The position numbers were made by a program, and so were the translations under genes. DNA of 64,000 nucleotides from Eledone cirrhosa (Eukaryota). Below are positions 38,440 through 49,296 of this stretch, piece after piece. The notes beneath the pieces were generated by a model. It was not told where the DNA came from, made no database searches, and saw only the letters and a program-made list of their open reading frames with translations. The DNA lies in contig OZ024740.1 of the NCBI GenBank assembly GCA_964016885.1, positions 100,130,001-100,194,000 on the forward strand, given 5' to 3'. Positions within the stretch are counted from its first letter, which is position 1; the number at the start of each line of letters is the position of its first letter.

Positions 38440-40129
38440 CTACCTTTCTGCTTCCCGGGGTTCGGGTCGTACGACTTCCATGGGGTCGGGGGTGTTGGGT
38501 GAAGGGGTTGTCTTGTGGTGGTGTGGGGCCGTCAGTGTGGTGGGGTTGGGGTGTTTGGAGTTGTGTTGGGGAGGGGGAAAGCTTTTTTAGGAGGACACGG
38601 TTTATGGGTTTGACAGAGGATGGTCCTACGTCCTCCTTAAAATCCTTTTTTAGTTTTTGGTAGAGGTTCATTGGGATCTTTATTAACTTTAAATGTGGGT
38701 AGTTTTCTGAAGAAACAAAGTTTACACCTTCGGTTTGTACCGAAGGGTTATTGTTCTTGAGTTCATTTAATTTATTATTGTTTCTGTTGATGTAAGTATA
38801 GTGTAATGTCTTTTTTTCGGATGGTGTGAGTGTTTCGAAGAGCGGAGGGGAAGGTTTGGTTTTGTTTGTTGCTGGAGGGGTGTTTTGTGTTTTGTTGGAT
38901 TGTGTTGACATTTGGGTAGGGGTTGTTTGGCCTTGTGTGTTTTGCACATGTTTTCTTTTTTTCCTTTTAATCTGTCTGAAGGACTCCGTTTCTTCCTCCG
39001 AATTCGTTGGGTTATCTTCAGTGTTGGAGGGAAGAGGTATGTTTGCTGGTAATGTTTCCGTGTTGGTTTTCTTTGTGGGGGAGATCGATGTCACTATGTT
39101 AGGCTGTGTTGTGTGTTGTGGTTACGGTGGTTGTGTTGTTTTATTGAGTGAGGGGTTGGGTGGGACTGTATTTTGTTTTTGGGTAATGTGTTGTGACTGT
39201 TTGTGTTGTGGTGGTGGTGTAGTTTTACTGAGGGACGGGTTGGGTGGGACTGAGTTTTGTTGTTTGTTTATCTGTTGTGGTGGTGGTGGAGCTGGTGTTG
39301 GTAGCAGGGTTTTCTTTTTGTTGAGTTGGGGACAAGCCGCCTTCAGGTGCCCTCTGCCTGCACAGATATGACAGGACGGCCTTCTCCCCTCCACGCTAAT
39401 GTTTATATACCCGTGGCCCTTTAATAGGATTCTGTCGGGTATTTGAGCGATGCGTTCAGGCTTCATTTGCACTACAAGTTCTATACCTGTTCCACTGAAC
39501 GCATTGCCCGTGGTTTTCCCAATGGAAATCACGTTGTCATTCGCTGGATCGATGAAGCCAGCTATGAGCCAGCAGTAGTCCCCATCTGGCATAATTGCAT
39601 CCAGCCATATGCACTGAGTTCTTTTACCCATATAAGATGGATAAAAGGTAAAATTTGTCGAACGAATCGGTGACAAAGCACATTTTTTTGCTGCCGATTC
39701 GTTCTTCATAATAATCGCTAGGCTTCCATACAGTCTGTCTCTTCTTATGAAAGTGGTTTCATTAAGTACTTCTGTAAGTACTGCTTTGATTTCTGTTTGT
39801 GTTGGCTGTTGAGGTTTTTTAGAAATGTTGTTGATGGTGCGGAAAACGACCGTCCGACTTTCAATGCCTTTGGTGAGTTCTTGAGGCATTTTTACCGATA
39901 AAATACCATTTTCCCCTTCAGTTATGTATTGTTTGGCGTCTGTAATTCTTTGTGCCACATCTGAAATATTTTCAGGTATATATGTCAAAGATTTCTTTGT
40001 TGTTTGTGCAAATGAAATATTATTGGTGTTGACTTTGTCGTCTGCTTTGTTTTCTGTTATGATGTTGTTTTCAAATGTTATTTTTGTGTTTGTCGTGTCT
40101 TTGTTTGTGGTATTAATATTGTCATGCAA
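38440..40129 (-). pseudogene. Tx1 copy 1 ORF1 (RRM-like region, single CCHC knuckle, low-complexity linker, conserved C-terminal domain)
   Basis: EGRRPSCHICAGRGHLKAAC; KRKKRK; one in-frame TAA at 39122; true start may lie further upstream. Confidence 0.8.
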
Positions 40130-40565
40130 TTTTTCAATTTTTTTTTTTTCGTTGTTGTAATCAATGTCCAGATTTGTGTTTTCGTCATTTTTCTCCGCAG
40201 ATTCGTCTGTTTTTATTTTCTTTTTTTCTTTCCTTCTCTATGACGTTAGTTGGGAAGGAAGGGGGGACTAAAGCGTGCGAGCTTACAACTCTTACCGCTG
40301 TCCCCCCCACCACTATTTTCGTTAGCTTTGTTTAACATTTCTGTCAGACGATTGAAATTTTTTATGCCACAAAATTTTTAAAAACAGGTTTTTCACCCCT
40401 GGGAGGGGCAAAGATGAGGTGACCCACCGCCTGACAGTTCAGACGGGGGCTCAAGCTACACAATAGTATCAAAATTAAAATTGAATTTACAAAATTTCCG
40501 CAATAAATTTGAACAAAACTTCTGCGCGAAGTGAATTACATCTACGCTGTAGAACAGACGACAGC

Positions 40566-40572
40566 TAGATTA

Positions 40573-40603
<31 letters not shown>

Positions 40604-40623
40604 TATAGATAGATAGTTAGATA
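40566..40623. repeat. (GATA)n spacer
   Basis: Read directly. Confidence 0.9.
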
Positions 40624-40752
40624 TGTTTCTTTTATTTGCCATCAGGGCATCAAAAGTGGGACAAGTACAATGGGGGGAGTTTACAAAACAAGGCGTCCTC
40701 AATAAGGAGGAGGCAATAACAATATATAAAAATAAAATAAAATAAAATAAAA
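40624..40752 (-). mobile_element. Tx1 3'-UTR stub (severely 5'-truncated fourth insertion)
   Basis: Homologous to the 3' ends of copies 1-3 (GGGACAA-TACAA-GGGGGAGTTTACA, terminal stem-loop, AATAAA); short GATA run 40753-40764 on its 5' side. Confidence 0.8.
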
Positions 40753-40994
40753 TAGATAGATAGATTTCTATTTATTTGCCACGAGGGCACAAAAGAAGGG
40801 GACAAATACACAGTGGGGGAGTTTACATAAATCGAGTAAAGAAAAAAGGAATAACAATAATAATATAATAATAAAAAGTCCTCAAAAGGGAGGGGGCGTG
40901 TTGGGGATTGCACATACCCCCGAAAAGTGTGCAACCATTTTCGCGGGGGAAGCCCAGAGAGGAGGCGCTCCCCCTTTCCTCTTCACTTCTTCAC

Positions 40995-43900
40995 CTACAG
41001 AACAATGTAGAGAGAAGGCCCATTTACACGAGCCATTCTCGCTTCTTTCACCCACCTTTCACAAAACTGTCTGGGGCCAAGCACTTCTCTCTCCATCCTG
41101 ATCCTTCTTCCGAAGTGGTATCGGAAGAAGTAAACCAGGTGATGGCCGGAGAGAAAGTCACCCGACCTCAGACCTTTCAGGCGCGTCCACCACACAACCT
41201 CTTTCATCATGGCTATTAAGCACAGAAAGACCGCCTCTGCTTCATTTCTGAAGGGAGGAGGCGGCTTGATGTTCACCACAGACTCGGTGGTTAATAGACG
41301 TAGCCCCACAGATCGGCAACGCCCGGGCAGTGTACCAGTGCATGCGCAACGGTTTCCTCGTCGCGCACGCATCTGTGACAGATGTTTTTCGCAGGATCCC
41401 TGCCCGGGCGCCCGTGTCTGTAGAGCTTTTCTCGAACGGGTAGAGCCCCCCGGTAACACTGCCAGGCTAGGGACCTCTGGAAGTTGTCTATGGGTCCCGG
41501 GCCGAAAGTTCTACCGAACAGGCTGGCCAGTTCGTCCTCCTCCATGCCTAGCGACTCTCCAAGGGTGTCGTCGCCCCTGCTAGCCACCAGCCCTCTATAG
41601 AATGTCGAGGTGGATTCTCCACTGACAGTCGGGTCCGCTTGCCAGATAGCCGTGAGCGCCTGGGCACACTCGGTGTGCCAGTTGCCCAGTTTTCTCGGTC
41701 TTTGCTTCACCCAGGATTGCAGCTCGGTGAGCGAGACGAGCTGTGAGAAGGCTCGCCTCACAAACGGGGCCCACACCGGCTAACCGGTGAGGAATACCTG
41801 TAGATGCCGTAGCCTCAATGCGTGCCTACGCATCAACAGCCACGGCATACCCAGCCCTCCTTTCGAAGGGTGCTGGCAGCAGATGGATCTCCTCACCATG
41901 GGAGGCCGCTTCTTCCAGAGGAACTGGAAGAGCATGCGTTCCATGATGGTGAGCTTTTCCTTGGGGCAAGGCACGACGGTCAGGCGGTAGTAGATGACGG
42001 ACGCTATGTAAGCGTTCGTCACCTCCGCCCGACCTTTCAGTGATAGTTTGCACTTGGCCCACTTCTGGATCAGCGCAAACACCCTGCTCGTCACCTCGCC
42101 CCAATTCTTCTCCACCTGGAGGTCTGGTCCGAATCAGACCCCGAGCAGCTTCACCGGGCCCTCCGTGCACCGCCCGACGACAACGTCTAACGGCATCGGT
42201 TTGCCCCTCCACGTTCCGAGTTGCAAACCGACTGACTAGTCCCGGTTCAGCCTAGCCCCGTCAGCCTTTCGTATTCCTCCAGTAGGGTGGCGATCGCCCC
42301 GATTTCCGAGGCGTCCGCCACCATTACTGTTACGTCGTCGGCATAGGCCGAGACCGCTTTGTGCAATCCCGGTTCCAGGGGTATGCCCCGCAGCAACTCC
42401 AACTTCCGCAGCAGTGGCTCGACAGTCAATACGTACAGAAGGGAGGAGAGGGGGCACCCCTGTCTGATGGACCGGGTGATTTGAAACGGCTCCGAGAGGT
42501 AGCCGTTTACTTTAATCCTAGAGTAGATGTTGCCACTGTGCATGGCAGAGATCCAGCCCCTGAAAACGGGTCCGAAGCCCGCCGCCGCTAGCACCGCATC
42601 CAGGTAACCATGGTCGACCCTATCGAACGCCTTAGATTGATCCAAGTTGATCAGGGCCCCACCAAAGCCGGGTTCGTTGCCAACCCTCTCTACGATGTAT
42701 CGCATGAGGTGGAGGTTGTCGTGAATGGACCTGGACGGGATAGCGCATGTCTGCGCGTCTCCCACCAAACCACCCACCACAAGCGCCAACCTCTTCGCCA
42801 ACACCTTGGCCAAAATCTGTAACTCTGCATTCAGCAGAGTTATGGCCCTAAAGTTACTTAAGTCGTCCCCCTTGCTCTCGTCCTTCCTCACTAGCGTGAC
42901 CACGCCCTTGGTCACAGAACAGGGAATTCTCCCGTTCTATTGCCAGTTGCAATAGACAGCCTCGAGGAGTTCGGAGAACAAGACCGGCATAGCTAAATAA
43001 AGTTCGTATGGTAGACCATTGAGACCCGGAGATTTTCGTCTGCTGCATTGGCTGAGCGCTTCCCCGATTTCAGTGGCTGTGATTGGCCTTTCGCAGCACT
43101 CCGCTTCGCCGCTCGAAAGACGCGGTAGACCGTCGAGGTATGGACCAAAGTCCACATCCCCGTCCGGGGCCCCGCCCCCTCCGAACAGTCGAGCAAAGTG
43201 CCTTTGAAAGGCCTCGCACATCCGCTCAGGTTCAAGGATCACCCGTCCATCCTGGTCTCGCAAAGACCGAATGGTGGATTTAATCCCACTCTTGGCTTCT
43301 GTCACGCGGGCCCAGCTAACAGCTTTGGTCCCCTCGTTTCCTAAAGCACGTATTTTACTTCGGACAACGCAGCCTTCGTGCTTTGCATCAAAGAACTGGC
43401 TCAACGCCGTTCTCGCCGCTAACACTCTGGCCACGTCTCCGCTCCTAATCGCCTCTTCTAGTTTATCTGTTAACTCCCTTTCCTTCCTATTTCTATTCGC
43501 CGCTAGTTCCTTACTGTAACCTATCGAACTTACTCTAATCTCTCTCTTTAGAGATACCCACCACCTGCTGTTGACAATCGCTCCCGTCAACCGCATCTTA
43601 ACTAAGCTACTAATCCGGTTCCTGTAATCTTTCTTTGCCGGCAAGGCCAAGTTCATCTTCCAGTAACCGGGACCCTGTCTATGCGTTCTATCAAGGTTGA
43701 CCACGCAGGTCACTAATTTGTGATCTGAATAGCCAACCATGATCAATTCTGGACAACTAAATACGTCCCTATCCTTACTCCTAACCAAAAACCTATCTAG
43801 GTACGATCTAGATTGTCCACTGCGGTTTGCCCAGGTCCAGGTTGGCGCAGTTGGACAATCTAGTCGAAATCTATCGACCAGGTCGAATCGATCGAGTAAC

Positions 43901-44400
43901 CCCTTGAGGCTGCTACAGCCCCCTCTATCGGGACATGCCCCTGCATAGTCCCAACGCGCATCTAGGATTCCATTCCAGTCCCCCACTAAAAGCAGGGAAC
44001 GCGACGTTCCTAGAAAAGTCTCCAGACGCTGGAAGAAGTCGGCTCTTTCAGCCCCGAAGGGGGCATAAAGACCGACCAGTCTGAAAGCCCCGCCTTCACC
44101 GCCTCCGACGTCCAGCACCAGTAATCGACCCCCCGGGTCCGAGTGAACAATCTGTACGTCGAGAGCCAGACGTTTATCCAGCAGTACGGCAACCCCCCCC
44201 CCCCTCCTCCGGGTTGACAGAGAGATGCGTGCATCTCAAAGTCATCGAAGGCGGGAGCCAGCTGTCGCACGCTGCTGATCCGACTCTCGCAAACAACCAT
44301 CACATCTATACTTCGTGACCTGAGGTCACTTAGAAGCTTTGCTTGCTTCCAAGCTGAGCCCAGGCCTCGCGCGTTCAAACAGCCAACTCTCAATTGATCT
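40995..44400 (-). pseudogene. Tx1 copy 2 ORF2 (APE-RT-zinc finger)
   Basis: RVGCLNARGL, VGDWN, SDHK, DQSKAFDRVDH, RQGCPLS, AYADD, CHRC..ETVAHALVHC. Confidence 0.9.
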
Positions 44401-44429
44401 ATTTTGGTGTTGAAAGTGAAGAAAGAAAA

Positions 44430-46263
44430 GCACCTACCTCTCCGGGTTGTGTAATTTCCATGGTCAGGTGTGTTGGGTGGAGGGATGTTTTGTGGTGGTG
44501 TGGTGGTACCTGAGTGTGGTGGGGTTGGGGTATTTGGAGTTGTGTCAGGGAGAGGGGAGGTTATGGGGAAATCTTTCAAGAGGACGCGATTTAACGGTTT
44601 TAAACAGGGGGGGCTCACGTCCTGTCTAAATTGTTCTTTTAAGGAACGATAAAGGTCCAGAGGGACTTTTATCACTTTTAAATGGGTGAAGTTCTCTGTT
44701 GAGATAAAGTTTGGCCCTTCGGTCTGCACCAAAGGGCTATTGTTTATTAATTTAAACAGTTTTTTTCTTTTCTTTATTTATATATGTGTATTGCAACGTC
44801 TTTTTTTGTGATGCTGTCAATGTTTCGGAGAGGGGAGGCGCAGGTTTAATTTTGTTTGTTGAGGGTGGGGTGTTTTTTATTGGAGTTGGTGTTTGTGTGT
44901 GGGTTATTTGTGGTGTGCTGGGTGTGTGCTTTCTTTTTTTTCTTTTAACTTGTCTGAAGCCTTCTCCTTCTTCTTCAGAAGTTGGGGGAAACTCTTCAGC
45001 GCTAGGTGGGAGGGACGTGGTGTCTGGTTGTTGTTTTTTTGCGGGAGGGGTAGAGTTGTTGCTGTTTTTTTTTGTTATTTGTTTGGAATGCGTTTTGTGG
45101 TGGTGGTGGTGGTGATGTTTGTGTCGTGCTTGTGGTTGGTGATGGTGGTGGTGGTGTTTGTGTTGTGGTTGGTGATGGTGGTGGTTATTTTTGTGTCGTG
45201 CTTGTGTTTGGTGCTGGTGGTGGTGATGTTTATGTTGTGCTTGTGGTTGGTGGTGTCTGTATTTTGTTTGCTTTGTGTGGTATTAGTGTATTTTTGGAGG
45301 TGGGTGGTGTTGGTGTACTGTTTGTGGTGGGTGTGGGCAATAGTCCTTTTTGGCGGATACGTTTCGGGCAGTTAGCCTTAACGTGTCCCCTTTCCGTGCA
45401 TAAATAGCATGCTGGTCTTCTCCCCTCTACAATTATATCTATTCGGGTGAGGTCATCCAGCCAGATGCGATCCGGGATTTGTGCCACTCTTTCGGGCCTC
45501 ATTTGGACTAGTAGGTCGAGGCCCATTCCCAGGAACGCATCTCCAGATGCCTTCCCCATTGACAGCACTGTGTCCTCGCCCATGTCTATGAAGCTAGCAA
45601 TAGCCCACCAGAAGTCCATTGTGGGCAGCATTGTTTGTACTTTGACTCTCTGTGTTCTTCTACCCATGTAGGAGGGATAGAAGCTGTATGTTGTTGATGA
45701 GAGTGGGCTTAGGGAAAGCTTCTGCGCCGTTTCCTTGTCTTTTGTTAAGACCGAAATGCTGCCATAGAGTCGGTCCTTTCGTATGAAGAGAATATTCTTC
45801 ATAAAGTCTTTTAGGACCAACTCTATCTCCATTTGGCTGGGCTGTGCTGGCTTTCTCGTTTGGTTTAATATTGTTCTGAAGAGAACTGTGCTCTCTGTTC
45901 TCGCTTTCTTGAATTCTGGGTGGGGGCGGGGGAGTTAATGGAAAACATTCCGTTCTCCCCCAAGACTATATGTTTTTTTGCTTCGGCCAGTTTTTCTCTG
46001 GCGGCAGTTAAGTCTATTGGTGTATATGTTATGGACTGTTTTGTTTTCTGGGCAAAAGTTGCCTTGTTGTTATTTGTGTTCTTATTTTCTGTTTGTTTGT
46101 TTTCCGTTTGCTCGTTTTCCGTAACATTTGTTTTTTCATTTTCCTTGTTTGTTTCGTTGTCTAGTTTTGTTGTATCTATTTCTTTTTGTTCTTCAGACTT
46201 GGGGGGGGGGCGTGGCAGAGCTAATGGCAGACATGTCTGCCATCTTTTCCGCCATGCTGCCAA
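44430..46263 (-). pseudogene. Tx1 copy 2 ORF1
   Basis: FIRKDRLYGSISV, FYPSYMGRRTQ, EGRRPACYLCTERGHVKANC, C-terminal QTEGPNF..HLKVIKVP..KPLNRVLLK; frameshifted. Confidence 0.8.
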
Positions 46264-46456
46264 GAAAGAGATTTTACAGCAAAATAGATATTTATTTTAC
46301 CCCCTAAAAAGGGGGTAAATGTAAAAATGTTTCCCTAAATAACAGGGGTAAGTGTTTCAAATATGTTGCACTGAAAAAATTCTCTGGTACTTACTATAGT
46401 ACGGGTAAATTCCGATGGAATAGCGGAGCCGATGTGAAGCGTGTCTTACTCTATCA

Positions 46457-46482
46457 AGATAGATAGATAGATAGATAGATAT
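46457..46482. repeat. (GATA)n spacer
   Basis: Read directly. Confidence 0.9.
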
Positions 46483-46720
46483 ATTTCTTTATTAGCCACA
46501 GGGCCACAAAAGAAGGGGACAAATACAAAGGGGAAGTTTACATACAATAAAAACGTGTAAAATGTTATCACAAATGGAATTTAAAAAGTTAGTCGATTTT
46601 CCCAAATAGAGGGAGACAGTGTATATGGGTAACACATACCCCCTAAAAAAATGTGCAACCCTCATCTCCAGGAGTACAAAGAGTTTGTACTCCTTTCCTC
46701 TCCTCCTCCTTTTCCTCAAC

Positions 46721-49263
46721 CTACAGGCTGATATAGAGAGAAGGCCCATTCACTCGGGCCATTCTCGCCACTTTCACCCACCTTTCATAAAACTCGCTGG
46801 GGTACAGCACCTCTCTCTCTATCCTGATTCTTCTTCCAAAGCGGTATTTGAAAAAAAGAATCAGTTGTTGGCTGGAGAGAAAGGTGTCTGACCTCAGCCC
46901 TTTCAACCTTGTCCACCATACAACCTCTTTCGCCATAGCTATCACACAAAGGAAAACCACCTCTCCTTCGTTTTTGAAGGAGGGTGGCGGTTTGATCATG
47001 ACAATGGACTCGGTGGTCAACTGGATTGGTCCCACCCGCGACAATAGTCGTTCTACATAGCCCCACAGGTCAGTGACGCCCGGGCAGTGTATGAATGCGT
47101 GCGCGACGGTTTCTTCGTCTCGCACGCACCTCGGACAGATCTTTTTTGCAGGGTCCCTGCCCGGGCGCCCATGTCTGTAGAGCTTGTCTCGAACTGGTAG
47201 AGATCCTCGGTAGCACTGCCAGGCCAGGGACTTTTGGAAGTTGTCCATCGGTCCCGGGCGGAAGGTCCTACCGAACAGACTGACCAGTTTATCTTCCTCT
47301 ACGCCTAGAGTTTCACCGAGCGCGTCGTCGCACTTGCTGCTGACCAACCCTCTATAGAATGACGAAGTGGAGTCTCCACTGATCGCCGGGTCCGCCTGCC
47401 AGAGGGCTGTGAGCGCCTGAGCACATTCGATGTGCCAGTCGCCCATTTTCCTCGGTCTTTGCTTGACCCAGGACTGCAGCTCGGTCAGCGAGACGAGTCG
47501 TAGGAAGGCTCGCCTCACGAACGGGGCCCACACCGGTTGTCCAGTGAGGAATACGTAGAGAAGCCGCAGCCTGAGCGCGTGTTTGCGCATCGTCAACCAC
47601 GGCATCACCAGCCCTCCGTTAGAAGGGTGTTGGCAGCAGATGGATCTTCTCACCAAAGGAGCCCGCCTCTTCCAAAGGAATCGGAAGAGCGCGCGCTCCA
47701 TTTTGGCGAGCGTTTTGGCTGGACAAGGCACGACGGTCAAGCGGTAGTAGATGGCGGACGCTATAACAGTGTTCGACACCTCCGCTCGACCTTTCAGGGA
47801 TACATTGCACTCGGCCCACTTCTGGGTGAGTGCAAACACCTTGGCCGTCACTTCGTTCCAGTTCTTCTCCACCTGGAGGTCCGGACCAAACCAGACCCCG
47901 AGCAGCTTTACCGGTCCTTCCGTCCAGCGTCCGACGACGCCATCGGAAGGCATCGGTCTGCCTCTCCACGATCCGAGTTGCAAACCGATGGACTTGTCCC
48001 GGTTCAGCTTCGCTCCTGTGAGACTTTCGTATTCCTTCAGTAAGGTGCCGACTTCCTCGATTTGCGAGGCGCTCGACACCATTACTGACAAGTCGTCGGC
48101 GTAGGCCGACGCCGCTTTCCGCAGTCCCGGTTCCAGAGGGATGCCCTGCAATAGCTCCAGCTTCCGCAGTAGTGGATCGAGAGTCAGTACGTACAGAAGG
48201 GAGGAGAGAGGGCATCCCTGTCGAATGGATCGCGTAATATGGAACGGCTCCGAGAGGTAGCCGTTCACCTTGACCCTTGAGCAGATGTTGTAAGGCCGTT
48301 CTTGTTGCTAGCACGCTGGCTACGTTGCCACTTCTAATTGCCTCTTCTACTTTATCTACCAGTTCCTTCTCGGTTCTATTTCTATCTAACGCTAATTCTT
48401 TACTAAAAACTATCGAGTCTAATCTAACTGCCCTCTTGAGAGAGTACCACCATCTGTTGTTGACAATGGCCCCTGTCAAGTGCTGTTTAACTAAAGTGCT
48501 AATCCGTCTACTGTAGGCTTTGCTTGTCGGTAACGACAAGTTCAGCTTCCAGTAGCCGGGTCCTTATCTATGGGTTCTATCAAGGTTGGCCATGCAGGTC
48601 ACTAGTTTGTGATCTGAATAGGCAACCATGAATATTTGTGGACAGCTTAACATGTCCCTATCCTTATTTCTAACTAGAACCCTATCTAGGTACGATCTAG
48701 ATGTTCCGCTACGATTACTCCACGTTCACAGTGGCGCAGTCGGAAAATCTAGTCGATATCTATCGGCCAGGTCAAATCGGTCGATTAACTGTTTGAGGCT
48801 CTTACACCCCCCTTTATCGGGACATCTAAGATTCCATTCCAGTCCCCCACTAAAAGCAAGGAGCGGGACGTTCCCAGAAAAGTCTCTAGACGTTTGAAGA
48901 AGTCTGGCCGCGGTCTCCCGGATGGGGCATATGCGGCCACCAGCCTGAAGGTCCACCTTCACTACCGTCAACGTCTAGGACCACCAGTCGACCCTTCGGG
49001 TCCAGATGTACCGTCTGTGTTACGAGGCCCAGGTGTTTCCGCAGCAAAACAGCAACTCCGCCCCCAGCCCCCGGTTGACAGAGAGATGCGTAGATCTCAA
49101 AGTCATCGAAGATGGGGGCCAGCTGTCGCTCGCCGTGGATCCTGGACTCGCAAATGGCTACCACATCCATACTGTGCGACCTGAGGTCGTTTAAGAGTTT
49201 GCCCTGTTTCCAGGGCATCCCCAGGCCGCGTACGTTCACACATCCAACTCTTATATTGGCCAT
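46721..49263 (-). pseudogene. Tx1 copy 3 ORF2 (internally deleted)
   Basis: MANIRVGCVNVRGL; open 515-aa C-terminal part with RQGCPLS, AYADD and CPRC..ETVAHAFIHC; lacks the DQSKAFD motif. Confidence 0.9.
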
Positions 49264-49296
49264 GTTGGTGCTGAAAAGTTAAAAGAGGAAAAGAGA

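Larger units (their letters stand above)
34771..40565 (-). mobile_element. Tx1-clade non-LTR retrotransposon, copy 1 (full length, frameshifted)
   Basis: 5' UTR + ORF1 (CCHC knuckle) + ORF2 (APE, RT, C-terminal CxxC..H..C) + 3' UTR with AATAAA; (GATA)n on both sides. Confidence 0.92.
40765..46456 (-). mobile_element. Tx1-clade retrotransposon, copy 2 (full length, frameshifted)
   Basis: Same architecture as copy 1; (GATA)n at both ends. Confidence 0.92.
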
